DNA of 64,000 nucleotides from NCBI GenBank assembly GCA_036526315.1, contig DATCYR010000087.1, positions 5,203-69,202 of the forward strand, written 5' to 3'. The DNA comes from Gaiellaceae bacterium (lineage in GTDB: Bacteria > Actinomycetota > Thermoleophilia > Gaiellales > Gaiellaceae). Below the pieces are notes generated by a model. The model saw nothing but the letters and a program-made list of their open reading frames with translations, was not told where the DNA came from and ran no database searches. Position numbers and translations under genes: made by a program. Shown one piece after another: positions 45,791 through 56,057 of the stretch (positions within the stretch are counted from its first letter, which is position 1; every line of letters begins with the position of its first letter).

Positions 45791-48580
45791 TCAGAACCTG
45801 GGGCTCTGCGGCAAATTACGGACGCGCCTCCGACGGACGAGGAGCTTGCCGAGCTCGAGCACCGGCACGATCGTGATCGCAGCGCCGATGACGAGCGCCC
45901 ACCGCCCCGGCGAGAGGTCGGTCGTGCCGAAGGCGCGCTCGAGGAACGGGACATTGAGCACGAGCGTGAGCAGGACGATCTCCCAGGCGACGGCGAGGTT
46001 CAGCCACCGGTTGCTGAACGGCCGTTCGAGCGTCGAGCGACGGTCGGAGCGGAAGCTGAACGCCTTGAAGAGCTCGATCAGGATCAGCGTGGCGAAGACG
46101 GTCGTACGTGCCTCGCTCAGCCCGGTTCCGAAGGCAAGCAGAGACGTGAAGAGACCAACGGTCACAGCGGTGGACCACACGCCTCCGAGTGAGATCAACC
46201 CGACGACCGGTCTCGTGAAGATCCCGGCATCGCGTCGGCGCGGTGGACGGTGCATCAGGTCGCGCTCTTGGGGGTCGACCGCGAGCGCCAGGGCAGGCAG
46301 GCCGTCCGTCGCGAGATTGACGTAGAGGATCTGCACGGCGCTCAACGGCAGGGGCTTGCCGAGGAACGCCGTCACGGTGAGCAGGCCGATCTCGCCCAGG
46401 TTGGCCGAGAGCAGGTACATCAGGTACTTCTTGATGTTCGCGAAGACGCCGCGCCCTTCTTCTACGGCTGCGACGATCGAGGCGAAGTTGTCGTCGGTGA
46501 GCGTCATGTCGGCGGCTTCGCGCGTGACGTCGGTGCCGGTGATGCCCATGGCGACGCCGATGTCTGCCCGTTTCAGCGCAGGCGCGTCGTTGACCCCGTC
46601 GCCTGTCATCGCGACGGAGTGGCCGTTTGCCTGCAGCGCCTCGACCACTCGCAGCTTGTGGGCCGGGGAAACGCGTGCGTAGACGTCGATCGATTCGACG
46701 CTCTGCTCGAGCTCCACGCCGGTCATCGCGTCGAGCTCAGCGCCGGTGACGACCCTCCCCGAGCCGAGGAGACCAAGCTCAGCGGCGATCGCCTTCGCTG
46801 TGAGCGGGTGGTCGCCGGTGATCATCACGGGCCTGATGCCGGCACGTGCGCACATGCCGATTGCGCTGCGCACCTCCGGCCGCGGCGGATCGATCATCGC
46901 GAGGAGGCCGAGGAAGGTCATCTCGCTCTCGGCGTCTTCGCGATTGGCGCCGATTCGCCGGGCGACGGCGAGGACGCGAAGCGCATCGCCGGCGAAGTCC
47001 CGAGCCACTGCCAGCAGCGCCTCGCGGCGGTCTTCGCCGAGTCGCTCGACACCATTCGGCGACAGCCAGTGCGAGCACGAAGGCAACAGAATCTCCGGTG
47101 CGCCCTTCGAATAGGCGACGCAACCGCCGGCAGCCTCGTGCAGCGTGGTCATCCGCTTCCGCTCCGACGTGAAAGCGATCTCCTCGATCCGCGGCTCCGC
47201 CGCGACGAGCGTGTCGGTCTCGAGGCCCGCCTTCGCCGCCGCGACGACGAGTGCAGCCTCCGTCGGATCGCCTCGGATTGCGGTGCCGCCGTCGTCGTCG
47301 CGGACAACGCGTGCGTCGGAGGCGAGCGCGGCGGCGCGAAGCAGCTCGCGCAGCGGCTCCGAGATCGGGACGGGTCGCTCGCTGCGTAGGAACTCGCCTC
47401 TCGCTGAGTAGCCGCTGCCGGATACGTCGAGCACTTCCCCGGCCACCCACACGCGACGAACCGTCATCTCGTCCGCGGTGAGTGTTCCCGTCTTGTCGCT
47501 GCCGATCACCGACACGCTGCCGAGCGTCTCGACCGCAGGAAGCCGCCGCACTAGCGCACTCCGACGCGCCATCCGCTGCGCGGCGAGTGAGAGCGAGATC
47601 GTGACCACCGCGGGCAGTGCCTCCGGTACGACGGCGACGGCGACGGCGACACCGAAGACCAGCATCTCCAGCAACGGCTCGTCACGCAACAGTCCGAGCC
47701 CGACGATCACGATCACGACGACGAGCGCGACGCGGGCGAGGGCGACACCGATCCGGTCGAGGCTCTGCTGCAGCGGCGTTCTCCGCTCTTCGATCATCTC
47801 GAGCATCCGTGCGATCGCGCCGAACTCCGTCCGGTTCCCGGTCGCCACGACAAGAGCACTTCCCCGCCCGCGGGTCACGGTCGTGCCCGCGTAGACCAGG
47901 TTGGTCCTGTCGCCGAGCGGGAGTGAGCGCCCACTCAGTGGCGCGGTCGTCTTCTCGACGGGCATCGACTCCCCGCTCAGCGCTGCCTCCTCGACAGCAA
48001 GATCGACGGCGGCGCAGATGCGGCCGTCAGCGGGCACCTTGTTGCCGGCGCTGAGACGAACCAGGTCGCCGGGGACGACCTCGCGAGCAGGAACGTCGCG
48101 CTCGCGTCCGCCGCGAACGACGCTCGCACTCGGCGCGGCGAGGTGCCGCAGCGCTTCCAATGCCCGCTCGGCACGGTACTCCTGCACGAACCCGAGCAGG
48201 GCGGCGAACACGACGATCACGGCTATCACGATCGCTTCCGTCTCGTGGCCGAGGATGGCCGAGAGCCCGGCGCCGACGAGGAGGATGAGGATCAGGAGGT
48301 TCTCGAACTGCGCGAGCAGCAGGCGCACCGCAGATGTTTTCGTCCCTGCATCGATCTCGTTCGCGCCGTGAACGGACACGCGCCGAAGAGCTTCGCCTTC
48401 TCCCAGACCGACGCTCGCGGAGCTTCCGAGCTCCTCGGCCACCCGCGCAACCGACTTCGTATGCCAGCCTGAGCCGGCGTCGAGCGGCAGCGGTGCCGCC
48501 TCGACGGGTACGTCCGGCGACCGCGAAGCGCTCGTGACCGGTCGCTCTGGGTCGGCGATGGGATCTGTCGCTGCCTTCAT
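45791..48580 (-). CDS. P2-type cation-transporting ATPase (Ca2+/Mg2+-type, CtpF-like)
   Basis: N-terminal cation-ATPase domain, [18 protein letters not shown], and [21 protein letters not shown]. 10 TM helices. True start is ATG 48580 (MKAATDP); the track ORF is extended upstream by a shadow frame. Confidence 0.9.
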   Translation of the reverse strand: MKAATDPIADPERPVTSASRSPDVPVEAAPLPLDAGSGWHTKSVARVAEELGSSASVGLGEGEALRRVSVHGANEIDAGTKTSAVRLLLAQFENLLILILLVGAGLSAILGHETEAIVIAVIVVFAALLGFVQEYRAERALEALRHLAAPSASVVRGGRERDVPAREVVPGDLVRLSAGNKVPADGRICAAVDLAVEEAALSGESMPVEKTTAPLSGRSLPLGDRTNLVYAGTTVTRGRGSALVVATGNRTEFGAIARMLEMIEERRTPLQQSLDRIGVALARVALVVVIVIVGLGLLRDEPLLEMLVFGVAVAVAVVPEALPAVVTISLSLAAQRMARRSALVRRLPAVETLGSVSVIGSDKTGTLTADEMTVRRVWVAGEVLDVSGSGYSARGEFLRSERPVPISEPLRELLRAAALASDARVVRDDDGGTAIRGDPTEAALVVAAAKAGLETDTLVAAEPRIEEIAFTSERKRMTTLHEAAGGCVAYSKGAPEILLPSCSHWLSPNGVERLGEDRREALLAVARDFAGDALRVLAVARRIGANREDAESEMTFLGLLAMIDPPRPEVRSAIGMCARAGIRPVMITGDHPLTAKAIAAELGLLGSGRVVTGAELDAMTGVELEQSVESIDVYARVSPAHKLRVVEALQANGHSVAMTGDGVNDAPALKRADIGVAMGITGTDVTREAADMTLTDDNFASIVAAVEEGRGVFANIKKYLMYLLSANLGEIGLLTVTAFLGKPLPLSAVQILYVNLATDGLPALALAVDPQERDLMHRPPRRRDAGIFTRPVVGLISLGGVWSTAVTVGLFTSLLAFGTGLSEARTTVFATLILIELFKAFSFRSDRRSTLERPFSNRWLNLAVAWEIVLLTLVLNVPFLERAFGTTDLSPGRWALVIGAAITIVPVLELGKLLVRRRRVRNLPQSPRF

Positions 48581-48639
48581 CACTCTCGGTCTCGCCCAGG
48601 TCGTCCCTCGTCGCTGCGACCCGCGCTCCGCGGGAAGCC

Positions 48640-48681
48640 GCGCTCCAGCTGCGGCTTTGTGCTGAGCCGCAGTCGGAGCGC
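48640..48681. promoter_or_regulatory. 42-nt imperfect palindrome between the divergent P-type ATPase genes
   Basis: 17-nt arms GCGCTCCAGCTGCGGCT / AGCCGCAGTCGGAGCGC give 15 Watson-Crick pairs plus one G-T, around an 8-nt centre. An extra direct copy of GCGCTCC lies at 48623-48629. Confidence 0.4.
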
Positions 48682-48698
48682 AGGGGGACGACGTAGGC

Positions 48699-50576
48699 GT
48701 GGCGCCACTGCGGGAAAAGCGATTTCGGCGAGCGACGAGAGCCGCGGCGGCGATACGTGCGAACGTCGGTCGCGGCGTCGCTCTTACCGCCCTCGCGGCG
48801 GTCGCCTCCGGTCTTGCTCTCGCCGGCCTCGACCGCCATCGACCGGCGGCGTGGCTGTGGGCCGCGACGACGGCGATGCTGCTCGTGCCCCTGACGTGGT
48901 CCGTGGTGCGCTCGCTGCTACGCCGGGACGTCGGCGTCGACGCCATCGCCCTCATCTCCATGGCCGGTGCGCTCGCGCTCGGTGAGTACCTCGCCGGCGC
49001 GGTGATCGCGCTCATGCTGGCAGGGGGGAACGCGCTCGAGGAAGCCGCGAACCGCCGCGCCCGCCGAGAGTTGACCTCGCTCGTCGAGCGCGCACCACGC
49101 ACGGCGCTCATTCGGCGCGGCCAGGAGCTGGTCGAGGTGCCGGTGGAGGACGTCGCCGCCGGCGAGGCCGTGCTCGTCCGCGCCGGCGAAGTCGTCCCGG
49201 TCGACGGGATGGTCATGAGCGAGGACGCGATCGTCGACGAGTCGGCGCTGACCGGCGAGCCACTGCCCGTCACGGTTCATCAGGGCGGCAGCGTCCGCAG
49301 CGGCACCACGGCGGCCGGCGCTGCGTTCGAGCTGCGGACGATCCGACCCGCATCGGAGAGTGCCTATGCCGCACTCGTCCGGCTGGTCACGAGTGCCGAG
49401 AAGGACCGGGCGCCGTTTGTCCGCATCGCCGATCGCTACGCCATCTTCTTCCTGCCGGTGACGATGATCATCGCCGCGGCAGCGTGGGCGATCTCCGGCG
49501 ACCCGGTGCGCGCACTCGCAGTCTTCGTCGTCGCCACGCCCTGCCCATTGATCCTCGCCGCCCCGATCGCCCTGACGTCAGGGCTCTCGCGCGCAGCACG
49601 CGCCGGCGTCGTCGTCAAAGGCGCAGCCACGATCGAGCGGCTTGGCGCTGCACGTTCGGTTCTGCTCGACAAGACCGGCACGGTCACGCTCGGCCACCCG
49701 GAGCTCGAGCGTGTCGTCGCGACCGACGGGCTGCCGGCGGACGAGACGCTGCGGCTCGCGGCTTCCGTCGATCGGCTCTCCTCGCATCCGCTCGCAAAGG
49801 CGCTCGTCGCCGGAGCGGAGCAACGTCATCTGCTCCTCGCGCTTCCAGACCACGTCGAGGAGCGGTTCGGCCAAGGCGTACGCGGCTCGGTCGGCGCCCA
49901 CGATGTTCTCGTCGGCAGCGCCCGCTGGCTCAAAGGCCACGGCGTCGACCCGCAGCTGCCGCGCGATCTCGACGCGGGTGACGCCAAGGTGTTCGTCGCC
50001 GTCGACCACCACCTGGCCGGCATCGCCGTGATGGGTGACCGGCTTCGCACCGACTCGAGCGAGCTCGTCCAGCGGCTTCGTGCGGTAGGTGTCGAGCACG
50101 TGGCCCTCGTCACCGGCGACAAGCGCAAGGTCGCCGACGCAGTCGGAGAGCGGCTCGGCGTCGACGTCGTCTACGCGGAGCAGACGCCCGAGCAGAAGCT
50201 CGAGGTCGTCGAGGCCGTGCACAAGCGTCCCGACCTCCGTGGCGTGGTGATGGTCGGAGACGGCATCAACGACGCACCGGCACTCGCGCTCGCCGACGTT
50301 GGCATTGCCATGGGCTCAGCCGGCGCCACCGTCTCCTCCGAGACCGCCGACGCCGTGATCCTCGTCGACCGTGTCGACCGCGTCGCCGACGCGATCCGCA
50401 TCAGTCGCCGGGCGCTCTTCATCGCACGCCAGAGCGTCCTCGCGGGTATCGGGCTTTCGCTGGCTGCGATGGGCGTCGCAGCAGCCGGTTTCCTGCCACC
50501 CGTCGAGGGCGCCTTGCTGCAGGAGGCGATCGACGTCGCCGTGATCCTCAACGCACTGCGCGCGCTCACCGATTGA
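48699..50576 (+). CDS. P1B-type heavy-metal ATPase with TPCP transmembrane motif
   Basis: VATPCPLILAAP (TPCP instead of CPC), LDKTGTVT, and GDGINDAPALALADVGIAMG. No N-terminal HMA domain and no C-terminal extension are visible. GTG start. Confidence 0.85.
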   Translation: MAPLREKRFRRATRAAAAIRANVGRGVALTALAAVASGLALAGLDRHRPAAWLWAATTAMLLVPLTWSVVRSLLRRDVGVDAIALISMAGALALGEYLAGAVIALMLAGGNALEEAANRRARRELTSLVERAPRTALIRRGQELVEVPVEDVAAGEAVLVRAGEVVPVDGMVMSEDAIVDESALTGEPLPVTVHQGGSVRSGTTAAGAAFELRTIRPASESAYAALVRLVTSAEKDRAPFVRIADRYAIFFLPVTMIIAAAAWAISGDPVRALAVFVVATPCPLILAAPIALTSGLSRAARAGVVVKGAATIERLGAARSVLLDKTGTVTLGHPELERVVATDGLPADETLRLAASVDRLSSHPLAKALVAGAEQRHLLLALPDHVEERFGQGVRGSVGAHDVLVGSARWLKGHGVDPQLPRDLDAGDAKVFVAVDHHLAGIAVMGDRLRTDSSELVQRLRAVGVEHVALVTGDKRKVADAVGERLGVDVVYAEQTPEQKLEVVEAVHKRPDLRGVVMVGDGINDAPALALADVGIAMGSAGATVSSETADAVILVDRVDRVADAIRISRRALFIARQSVLAGIGLSLAAMGVAAAGFLPPVEGALLQEAIDVAVILNALRALTD

Positions 50577-50596
50577 CGGAGATTCTCCGTGGCGAT

Positions 50597-50636
50597 CCGT
50601 AGTAACTCCCGACGGCCTGCGGCAAATCGCCGAACC
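50597..50636 (+). promoter_or_regulatory. Shared 40-nt promoter-like element, copy B
   Basis: CCGTAGTAACTCCCGACGGCCTGCGGCAAATCGCCGAACC. 33 of 40 positions are identical to copy A. It lies about 100 nt upstream of the ABC ATPase start. Confidence 0.45.
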
Positions 50637-50733
50637 CGACGCGTCGAGGCGGCGGATGACGCGAGGGAATGAGCAACCGCACGAACCAGGAGGACTCGGC
50701 GGCACCGCGAGGAGCCGGATGGAGGTGGGGACG

Positions 50734-51456
50734 ATGTCAGCGACGCTGACGCTCGAGGTGGCGCGCGACCGGAAGGCCGCGGCAGCGCTGATCGCGCTCG
50801 AGCGCGTGGAGAAGGTGTACAGGACGGGGAAGCTCGAGTACCCCGCCCTTCGGGGCGTCGATCTCGAGATCGACGCCGGTGAGATGGTGGCGGTCGTCGG
50901 TCCGTCCGGGAGCGGCAAGACGACGATCATGAACATGATCACCGGCATCGACCGCCCGACCGGCGGCTCGGTGATGGTGGATGGTCAAGCCATTCACGCG
51001 TTGAGCGAGGAGCAGCTCGCCATCTGGCGTGGCCGAAACGTCGGGATCGTCTTCCAGTTCTTCCAGCTGCTGCCCACGCTGACGGCGCTGGAGAACGCGA
51101 TGCTGCCTCTCGACTTCGCCCGCAAGGGGTCGAAGCACGAGCGGTATGACATCGCGAACCACAACCTCGAGCTGGTCGGGCTCGGAGACAAGCTCGACCA
51201 CCTGCCGGCCGAGCTTTCGGGCGGCGAGCAGCAGCGGGTCGCGATCGCTCGCGCGCTCGCCTCAGATCCGAAGCTGATCATCGGCGACGAGCCGACCGGC
51301 AACCTCGACACGCAGACCGCAGCGGAGATGTTCGAGCTGCTCCACCGCCTGAACGACGAAGGCAAGACGGTTCTCTACGTCACGCATGACCTCGACCTGG
51401 CTGCGCGTGCCGGCCGAATCGTGACGATCCGCGACGGCCTCGTCGTCGGACAGTGA
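50734..51456 (+). CDS. MacB/LolD-type ABC ATP-binding protein
   Basis: GPSGSGKTT, FQFFQLLPTLTALENA, LSGGEQQRVAIARAL, IIGDEPTGNLD. ATG 50734 lies 8 nt after GGAGG. Confidence 0.9.
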   Translation: MSATLTLEVARDRKAAAALIALERVEKVYRTGKLEYPALRGVDLEIDAGEMVAVVGPSGSGKTTIMNMITGIDRPTGGSVMVDGQAIHALSEEQLAIWRGRNVGIVFQFFQLLPTLTALENAMLPLDFARKGSKHERYDIANHNLELVGLGDKLDHLPAELSGGEQQRVAIARALASDPKLIIGDEPTGNLDTQTAAEMFELLHRLNDEGKTVLYVTHDLDLAARAGRIVTIRDGLVVGQ

Positions 51457-51466
51457 GGAGGCGGCC

Positions 51467-53839
51467 ATGGCATCCGCAGTCCTCAAGAAGTCGGTCACCG
51501 ATCTGACCCGTCGCAAGGCGCGGACGATCTTCACGGTGCTCACGCTCGCGATCGCGGTGGCGAGCGTCGGCATCTTCGCGATCCCGTCGCTGATGAACAC
51601 CGCGATGCAGAAGGAGGTGCAGGCGAACAAGCTGCCCGACCTGACTCTCAACCTGAAGCCCGTTTCCCTGACGTCCGCGCAGCTCTCGACGTTACGGCGG
51701 TTGCCGAACGTCGTCGCGGCCGAGGGGCGCAGCTACCTCCAAACGCGCGTCTGGATCGGCGATCGACGTGTGAAGGCGGTGATCATCTCCGCTCCGTCCT
51801 ATCGAAACCAGTCGGTGGACGTGGTCTCGCTCACCTCGGGGCGGTTGCCGTCCGGGTCGAGCGTCCTCAGCGACGTTCAGAACGGCAAGCAGGGCCGCTT
51901 CTCGGGCCGCGAGGGGAGCACGATCCGGATCGTCGGCGTCGGCAACCGGACGGTCGAGGCGCCTGTCAGCGGCGTGGCTCGCAACATGGTCGGTGACCAG
52001 GCTGCGATCGGGCTCGATGCCGTCGTGCTGTACGCGACGCCGGCGTTGCTTACGAGGCTCGGGGCCGAGACCGGGTACAGCAGCCTCGAGCTCCGGCTCG
52101 CCGACCGCAGCAAGCTCGCGGCCGACAGAACCGTTGCTGCAACGCGCCGCTACCTGAAGGCGAACACGTCTTTCACCGGGTTCTCGAACCTGCCGGAGCT
52201 GCGGAAGCCCGGGTCGTACCCGGGTAAGGAGCTGTTCGACCAGCTGGCTTCGATCATGAACGTGTTCACCGTTCTCGCTCTTCTGGCAGGGCTGGTGTTG
52301 ATCGCGAACACGATGACCACGCTGATCGGCGAGCAACGGCGCGAGATCGGGATGATGAAGGCGATCGGCGGCACTCGCCGCCAGATCCGCCGTGTCTACC
52401 TACGCACCGCGCTGCTGCTCGGGGCGGCGGGATCGGTCATCGGCGTCGGGCTCGGCCTGCTTGTGGCAAACATGGTCGTCCGCTACTTCGGCTCGAGCTT
52501 CTTCGCCATCTCTCCGGGCTTCGAGGTCTCGCTCCCCGTTGTCGTCGCGAGCATGGTCGTCGGCCTCGTCGCCCCGCCACTCGCGGCGCTGCCTGCGATC
52601 CGCCGCGGCTCCCGGATCGCCGTTCGCGAGGCGCTCGAGGAGGTGCCCGCGCTGCAAGGCGGACAGGCAGTCGCCGATCGTGCGCTCCGTCGCCTCTCGT
52701 TCCTTCCGCGGACCGCGCAGATCGGCGTCCGCAGCGTCACTCGCCGTGGAAGGCGCAGCGTGGCGACGGTGGCACAGATCGCGCTTGCCGTCGGGACGCT
52801 GCTGTCGGTGCTCGCGCTGATCAACAGCGTCACCACGACGACGAATGCCGTCTGGAACCAGGCGCGCTGGGACATCGAGCTCAACACCGTCGTCGGCAGG
52901 CAGCTCGACGCGCGCGCCGACGCCGTGATCCGAGCGACCCCCGGTGTCGCGCGAGCGCAGCCGGCGCTCACGAACCTGATCAAGTTCGACGGCAAGGACG
53001 CCTTCCTGAACGGCTACCGCGGAAGGCCGCTGTTCGACACGCCGATCAGCCATGGTCGCTGGTTCAGCACGCAGGAGGCGGCTGAGCGCGCGCCGGTCGC
53101 GGTAATGGCCAGCAACCTCGCACGCACGACCGGCACAGATGTCGGCGACCACGTTGCGTTGCAGACGGGCGCCGGACTGAAGTCGTTCCACGTCGTCGGT
53201 GTCACGTCGACGCAGTGGAACAACGGCACTGCGTTGTATGTGCCGCTGCAAACGATGCAGACCTACCTCGGCATCGACACCGTCAACAGCTACCTGATCC
53301 AGACCACGAGCTCGGACCACGCGGCGATCGACCGCACGACGACGCGGCTCGAAGACCGGCTGACCGCCGCCGGCTACGGGATCGGCACCGAGGTGAAGTA
53401 CTCGGGGCAGCGCGCCAACGTCAGCCAGAACAAAGCCATCTCGACCGCGATCGGCGTGCTCGGCCTGCTGATCGTCGCGATCAGCATGGTGGGGCTCGTC
53501 AACGCGATCACGATGAGCGTGCTCGAGCGGACGCGGGAAATCGGCGTGCTCCGCTGCATCGGTGCGCGCGCCAGAGAGATCCGGCGCATCTTCGCCGCCG
53601 AAGGGCTCGCCGTCTCGCTGTTCGGCTGGCTGCTCGGCATCCCGGTCGGTTACGGCCTCGCGCGCATCTTCAGCTGGCTCATGCTCGAGACGATCGGGAT
53701 CGACTTCGGCTTCACGTTCCCGCCGCTCAACCTCCTGATCGCGCTCGTGGGCACCGTTTTGCTGGCGCTGGTGATCATGCAGCTCCCGCTCCGACGGGCC
53801 GTGCGGCTCAAGCCCGGCGAGGCGATCAGGTATGCGTGA
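51467..53839 (+). CDS. FtsX-family ABC permease with two FtsX modules (MacB-like)
   Basis: 790 aa. Two repeats, each with a TM helix, a large external domain and three TM helices (GEQRREIGMMKAIGGTRRQI and LERTREIGVLRCIGARAREI). Confidence 0.85.
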   Translation: MASAVLKKSVTDLTRRKARTIFTVLTLAIAVASVGIFAIPSLMNTAMQKEVQANKLPDLTLNLKPVSLTSAQLSTLRRLPNVVAAEGRSYLQTRVWIGDRRVKAVIISAPSYRNQSVDVVSLTSGRLPSGSSVLSDVQNGKQGRFSGREGSTIRIVGVGNRTVEAPVSGVARNMVGDQAAIGLDAVVLYATPALLTRLGAETGYSSLELRLADRSKLAADRTVAATRRYLKANTSFTGFSNLPELRKPGSYPGKELFDQLASIMNVFTVLALLAGLVLIANTMTTLIGEQRREIGMMKAIGGTRRQIRRVYLRTALLLGAAGSVIGVGLGLLVANMVVRYFGSSFFAISPGFEVSLPVVVASMVVGLVAPPLAALPAIRRGSRIAVREALEEVPALQGGQAVADRALRRLSFLPRTAQIGVRSVTRRGRRSVATVAQIALAVGTLLSVLALINSVTTTTNAVWNQARWDIELNTVVGRQLDARADAVIRATPGVARAQPALTNLIKFDGKDAFLNGYRGRPLFDTPISHGRWFSTQEAAERAPVAVMASNLARTTGTDVGDHVALQTGAGLKSFHVVGVTSTQWNNGTALYVPLQTMQTYLGIDTVNSYLIQTTSSDHAAIDRTTTRLEDRLTAAGYGIGTEVKYSGQRANVSQNKAISTAIGVLGLLIVAISMVGLVNAITMSVLERTREIGVLRCIGARAREIRRIFAAEGLAVSLFGWLLGIPVGYGLARIFSWLMLETIGIDFGFTFPPLNLLIALVGTVLLALVIMQLPLRRAVRLKPGEAIRYA

Positions 53840-55229
53840 GCGGCCGCTCATCGTGTTCGCGTCCGCGACCGCGGTGATCGCGCTCCACACGGCCGCGGAC
53901 ACATTCATCTGGCCCGAGCGGGGGACGAGCTGGTCGGATCACCTCGTACCGGGGGTCGCGACGCTGGCGGTGCTCGTCGCGCTCGTCGCCGCCTTCGTCC
54001 TCGTTCCACGAGCTGGCGCACAGGCGGCCGTCGCGCTCGCGCTCGGCGCGCTCGCGATCGAGGGGGCGGTGCTATCAATCGTCGATGCGCGCAACGTCGG
54101 CGTACGAGGCGACGACTGGACAGGGTTCGTGCTTGCCCCGGCCGGGCTCGCGCTGTGCGTCCTCGGGACAGTCCTACTCTGGCGGTCACGGAAGCCTGGC
54201 CGCCTCCGCTGGCTTCGCCGTGCAGGGCTCGCTCTCGTCGCGCTTCTCGGCGTCTACTGGGTTGTCGCGCCGCTCGCGGTGGCGATCGCCGCCACGCACA
54301 GACCGCGCCAGCCGGTTGCCGCCGTTGCGCTCGGGCGACCCTACGAACAGGTGACTCTGAAGACACGCGACGGCCTCCGGCTCGCCGCCTGGTACGTCCG
54401 GTCACGAAACGGTGCAGCTGTCGTCTCATACCCCACGCGGCAGGGAAAACTGCCGCAGGCGCGGATGCTGATCCGGCACGGCTACGGCGTCCTGCTTCTC
54501 GACGCGCGCGGTTATGACGGCAGCGATGGTGCCCCGAACATGTTCGGCTGGGGCGAGACGAAGGACATCGACGCCGCGGTCAGCTGGCTACGCCGGCAGC
54601 CTGAGGTTCACGGCGGGCAGGTCGGCGGCATCGGTTTCTCGGTCGGCGGCGAGATGATGCTCGAAGCCGCAGCACACAACCCGCAGCTATGCGCTGTCAT
54701 TTCGGAGGGCGCCGGTATCCGCTCGATCCGCGAGGAACTTCTCTACGGTGCACGCAGCATCCCATCGTTACCGGCGCAAGCGGTGCAGACGGCGGCACTC
54801 GCCGTTCTCAGCGCCACCCCACCGCCCCCGTCCCTTCACGAGCTCGCGCAGCGGATCGCGCCTCGCGCGGTCTTCCTGATCTACGCCGAGCACGGCACAG
54901 GGGGCGAGGATTTGAACGACAACTTCTACCGCGCGGCGGGTGAGCCCAAGCAACTCTGGCGAGTCGACGGCGCCGACCACACCGGCGGCTACGAGACCGA
55001 CCCGCGCGGCTACGAACGCCGCGTCGTCGCCTTCCTCGACCGTGCGCTGCTCGGAAAGAGTGAGGGTCGACTCACCGCCGGCGGCCCTGCAGCTGCGCTC
55101 GGCGACGCCGTGCCGGGGGTATCGCCGCGATCGCCTGCATTCCGAGCCGCCCGCTCGTGCACGAGGTCGTCGAAGGGTGTGACGCGCCGCGTTACGTCAC
55201 CAGTGCCAGAGGCGTCAGCGGACGATTAG
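53832..55229 (+). CDS. Membrane-anchored alpha/beta hydrolase
   Basis: About 5 N-terminal TM helices, then VLLLDARGYDGSDG and GIGFSVGGEM (GxSxG nucleophile elbow). The ATG overlaps the permease stop by 8 nt. Confidence 0.75.
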   Translation: MRERPLIVFASATAVIALHTAADTFIWPERGTSWSDHLVPGVATLAVLVALVAAFVLVPRAGAQAAVALALGALAIEGAVLSIVDARNVGVRGDDWTGFVLAPAGLALCVLGTVLLWRSRKPGRLRWLRRAGLALVALLGVYWVVAPLAVAIAATHRPRQPVAAVALGRPYEQVTLKTRDGLRLAAWYVRSRNGAAVVSYPTRQGKLPQARMLIRHGYGVLLLDARGYDGSDGAPNMFGWGETKDIDAAVSWLRRQPEVHGGQVGGIGFSVGGEMMLEAAAHNPQLCAVISEGAGIRSIREELLYGARSIPSLPAQAVQTAALAVLSATPPPPSLHELAQRIAPRAVFLIYAEHGTGGEDLNDNFYRAAGEPKQLWRVDGADHTGGYETDPRGYERRVVAFLDRALLGKSEGRLTAGGPAAALGDAVPGVSPRSPAFRAARSCTRSSKGVTRRVTSPVPEASADD

Positions 55230-55619
55230 GACGCTGCACGACGCCGTTCGCGCCACCTTGGAGCTCACGGAGCCCATCACCAGTCGCTCGGCACCGCTCA
55301 GGCCCCGGCGTCCCACGACGATGAGGTCAGCCCCTCGCTCTTTTGCTTCTTCGACGAGTACGTCGGCGGGCGCCCCTAACACCGCCACGACTTCGGCGTC
55401 CCGGCCCACTTCGGCCAAAGCTCGTCGCGCATCCTCGAGTTCGCGCCGTCTCTCCTCAAGCCCTTCGCCCCACACCGGCGGAACCTCGCCGGTCGGCGGA
55501 GGTCCCTGTGCAGCCGCCACGATGGTCATGCGCGTATCGCTTTTCGCAATGTTCAAGGCTTCCGCGAGCGCACGGCGCGCGTTCGGCGACCCGTCGAAAC
55601 CAACGAGAATGTGCTTCAT
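55215..55619 (-). CDS. Universal stress protein (single domain)
   Basis: MKHILVGFDGSPNARRAL...ADLIVVGRRGLSGAERLVMGSVSSKVARTASCSVLIVR. No SD is visible; TAGAAA lies 8 nt upstream of the ATG. Confidence 0.85.
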   Translation of the reverse strand: MKHILVGFDGSPNARRALAEALNIAKSDTRMTIVAAAQGPPPTGEVPPVWGEGLEERRRELEDARRALAEVGRDAEVVAVLGAPADVLVEEAKERGADLIVVGRRGLSGAERLVMGSVSSKVARTASCSVLIVR

Positions 55620-55706
55620 ACGCGCGATTTCTACACGGCGCGGTAGTGCTAGAACCGCTGAGTTCTCCGAGCCAAGTGCCTACACAGTTCGACATATTTC
55701 GATACG

Positions 55707-56057
55707 ATGATGGTCGATATGACGAGCTTGCCGCTGATCGATTGTTGTCAGCCGCTCGGGTCTTCGTCGATCGGAGACGAGGAGGCTGAAGCCACGGCTC
55801 GTGTCTTCAAGGCACTGGCCGACCCGGCGCGGGTGAAGATCCTGAGCATCGTCGCTGCGCGCGGTGAGTCGGTCTGTGCGTGCGAGCTTCCGTCGGCGCT
55901 GAACCTCACTCAGGCGACCGTCAGCCATCATCTGAAGAAGCTCACCGAGGCCGGCCTGCTCGAGCGCGAGCAGCGCGGCAAGTGGGCGTACTTCTCGCTC
56001 AACGTTGAGGCGCTCGGCCGACTCGAGAGCCTCGTTCGGATCCCGGAGGTCGTCTGA
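55707..56057 (+). CDS. arsR: ArsR/SmtB-family metalloregulator
   Basis: FKALADPARVKILSIVAARGESVCACELPSALNLTQATVSHHLKKLTEAGLL, with a CxC in the position of the As(III)-binding ELCVCDL motif. Confidence 0.85.
   Translation: MMVDMTSLPLIDCCQPLGSSSIGDEEAEATARVFKALADPARVKILSIVAARGESVCACELPSALNLTQATVSHHLKKLTEAGLLEREQRGKWAYFSLNVEALGRLESLVRIPEVV

Noticed and set aside
45803-45830. Counting 45806-45816 (CTGCGGCAAAT followed by TACGGAC) as a full third copy of the shared promoter-like element.
   Set aside because: Only 11 nt match. It lies inside the 3' end of the P-type ATPase coding sequence and is in the opposite orientation relative to the nearest downstream gene. It is mentioned as a partial hit only.
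48581-49273. The N-terminal 230 aa of track ORF 45791-49273. Similar upstream extensions affect 42430-43719, 19858-21477, 32374-34374, 57677-59422 and 58504-60210.
   Set aside because: The conserved protein begins at an internal ATG/GTG with an SD or a stop/start overlap. The extension is low-complexity and overlaps a real gene on the other strand.
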